A stretch of 64,000 nucleotides of DNA. Origin: an uncultured Ignavibacteriales bacterium (GTDB lineage: Bacteria; Bacteroidota; Ignavibacteria; UBA10030; SZUA-254). Position 1 is the first letter of the stretch, and each line of letters opens with the position of its first letter. Both the position numbers and the translations under genes were made by a program. Location of the stretch: assembly GCA_963714795.1 (NCBI GenBank), contig CAVQPS010000010.1:385002-449001 (forward strand), read 5' to 3'. Under the pieces are notes generated by a model, which did not search any database, was not told the origin of the DNA, and was given only the letters and a program-made list of their open reading frames with translations. Positions 62,411 to 64,000 of this stretch are shown here, one piece after another.

Positions 62411-63763
62411 TTAGCCGCCACCGGGAGCCGAACTCGGATGGAACGTTGCCGTTTCCGAAGAAACAAGTGTCAGCAACGTTAATACAACCATGATGATCAT
62501 GCTAATCCACAACTGTATGAAATCGATTGCGTTTCGCATCTTATAGCTTGTTTCCCGTTCATAATATTCCGCAAGTTGCAGAGCGGTATGTTTCACCGTT
62601 CCGGTTTCAGCACCGGAATGAAAACGGGAAATTGCCGTTCTGGTAAACACGCCGGAGGCCTCGAATGCTTCCGTGATGCCGGCACCTTTTTCAACCATCA
62701 TTGGAACTGCGATGGTTTTTATCTGATGTTCCATATATTTGTTCCCGCACGCTTCAGCCGCCATTTTAATGACATCGATATTTTCACCTGCCCCGCTGTA
62801 CAAAGCATAAAATACCCGGCAAAATATTTCAATGGCTGTTTTATGCAAGAGGTTACCCATGACCGGCAATTTCCAAAAATACTTATCACGAAGAAATTGT
62901 CCGCGTTCGGTTGTCAAAAACCTGGCAAGAAATAATGAAGGCACCAAAACGGCAATAAGAATAACAATATAATTGGCTTGCAAGAAGTAACTCAATTTCA
63001 GGGTAGCATTGGTCATGGGAAATTGTTCCATTGGAACTTTCAGCTGAACAAAAATTTCTGCCATGCTGGGAAAAATAAATCCTACGTAATAGAGACATGC
63101 CCCGAAAAGCGCTATCAAAGTCACAACCGGCATGATTAAGGCACTCTTCAGGTTCTTACGGAATTCCGCCTGACGTTCGAGAAACTTAGCAGTACTGTCA
63201 TAAATTTCTGCCATGTTTCCGCTCTTGGAAGCAAGACCTAACATATGAGCGGTGAATTTTCCGAACACCGCTTCTTGCTTGACAAACACTTTTTCACTGT
63301 CTTTTCCTTGCTTCAACTCATTATTAATTTCGCGTAAACTGTCGCGCATGACACTGTTTTCAACGTCATTGACCAACAACTGCAGAATTTCATTGAACGG
63401 CAATTTCTGCCGAATTAAATCCGCGCTGACGCGGACAAATGTCACTATTTCCGCGGTCGGAGGTTTCATTCTGAAATTGAACGGTTTTTTCTTTACGCTC
63501 AGGACCCGGAAGCCCATCTTCGAAAGTGCATCCTGCACTTCTTCTTTGGTAAAAGCCTTCTGCTCGCCCAACAGAGGTTTTTCCGTTCCGCGCTGTACTT
63601 TATATAAGAATGTGGCACGAGGCAGGACGCGCAATAATTTAAATTTCCGCTGCGTCGCCATCGTCTGCGCTTTTTGTTTTGCCGTACGCGTGTTTTCCGC
63701 TTCAATAACTCCTTGAACGGCTTTACCCGCCAGCGACAACCCCTCGACTCTAAATTCAGCCAT
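62411..63763 (-). CDS. pilC: Type IV pilus platform protein PilC/GspF family
   Basis: There are two T2SSF domains with 3-4 TM helices. A conserved loop is present (FPSMAEIF...P). Confidence 0.8.
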   Translation of the reverse strand: MAEFRVEGLSLAGKAVQGVIEAENTRTAKQKAQTMATQRKFKLLRVLPRATFLYKVQRGTEKPLLGEQKAFTKEEVQDALSKMGFRVLSVKKKPFNFRMKPPTAEIVTFVRVSADLIRQKLPFNEILQLLVNDVENSVMRDSLREINNELKQGKDSEKVFVKQEAVFGKFTAHMLGLASKSGNMAEIYDSTAKFLERQAEFRKNLKSALIMPVVTLIALFGACLYYVGFIFPSMAEIFVQLKVPMEQFPMTNATLKLSYFLQANYIVILIAVLVPSLFLARFLTTERGQFLRDKYFWKLPVMGNLLHKTAIEIFCRVFYALYSGAGENIDVIKMAAEACGNKYMEHQIKTIAVPMMVEKGAGITEAFEASGVFTRTAISRFHSGAETGTVKHTALQLAEYYERETSYKMRNAIDFIQLWISMIIMVVLTLLTLVSSETATFHPSSAPGGG

Positions 63764-64000
63764 ACCACATCTCCAGGTTTATGTACATTTCTTTTTCTCT
63801 TTTTAATCGATGAAACAGAGTATATTTCAAAGCCGAAATAATGTAGAGACGGATTCTACAAAAAACAACAGACGTGTGAGATAGGCAATACCTTTTCAGA
63901 TAAGTGCCATAATTATTCAAACGTTCGGTTTTCATCTTTATCGAAATCCTTTAAATACCGCAACAATTTCCGGGACATCTTTCATCATAATTCTTTATCA

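Overview
This is a 64 kb stretch of bacterial chromosome. It is gene-dense, with few long non-coding gaps, and is mostly housekeeping. From gene content and the Shine-Dalgarno sites I infer, without proof, a Gram-negative bacterium of the FCB group (Chlorobi/Ignavibacteria-like).

Content from left to right:
- 1-1448: 5'-truncated CoA-acylating aldehyde dehydrogenase (EutE/PduP family) with an unusual C-terminal tail.
- 1496-2111: REP-like hairpins and a 17-bp tandem-repeat array, followed by a solitary IS200-like HUH/Y1 transposase (RAYT-like).
- 2144-6465: DNA repair and modification genes, namely mpg, a frameshifted uvrA and a SAM-dependent methyltransferase.
- 6510-10096: two tandem paralogous lipoproteins with collagen-like Gly-X-Y triplets and repeated Ig-like domains.
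- 10289-15403: a DUF58 protein, a TPR lipoprotein, rsmB, an isoaspartyl peptidase and asnA.
- 15652-20617: the chaperones clpB and dnaK.
- 20891-22452: birA and coaX.
- 22527-33103: an 11-gene nuoNMLKJIHDCBA NADH dehydrogenase operon that lacks nuoEFG.
- 33393-36737: a PduO-type cobalamin adenosyltransferase, an FN3/BNR lipoprotein and an M20 peptidase.
- 36914-53042: a large heme-biosynthesis supercluster (hemX-like, hemA, C, D, E, a bacterioferritin-like gene, hemF, hemH, hemY, then hemB and hemL). It is interrupted by an uncharacterised internally duplicated Cys/His-motif protein on the opposite strand, plus citrate synthase, a TerC-family membrane protein, a hemerythrin and an alpha/beta hydrolase.
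- 53118-63763: a type IV pilus operon on the minus strand (pilC, pilB, pilT, a PilM-PilN fusion, a PilO-like protein, a short secretin) ending in a large multi-domain lipoprotein.

I could not recognise a known defence system. The most unusual elements are the duplicated-domain protein at 45825-46742, the collagen-like lipoprotein pair, the tailed aldehyde dehydrogenase next to the RAYT/REP element, and the atypical pilus operon with its terminal lipoprotein.
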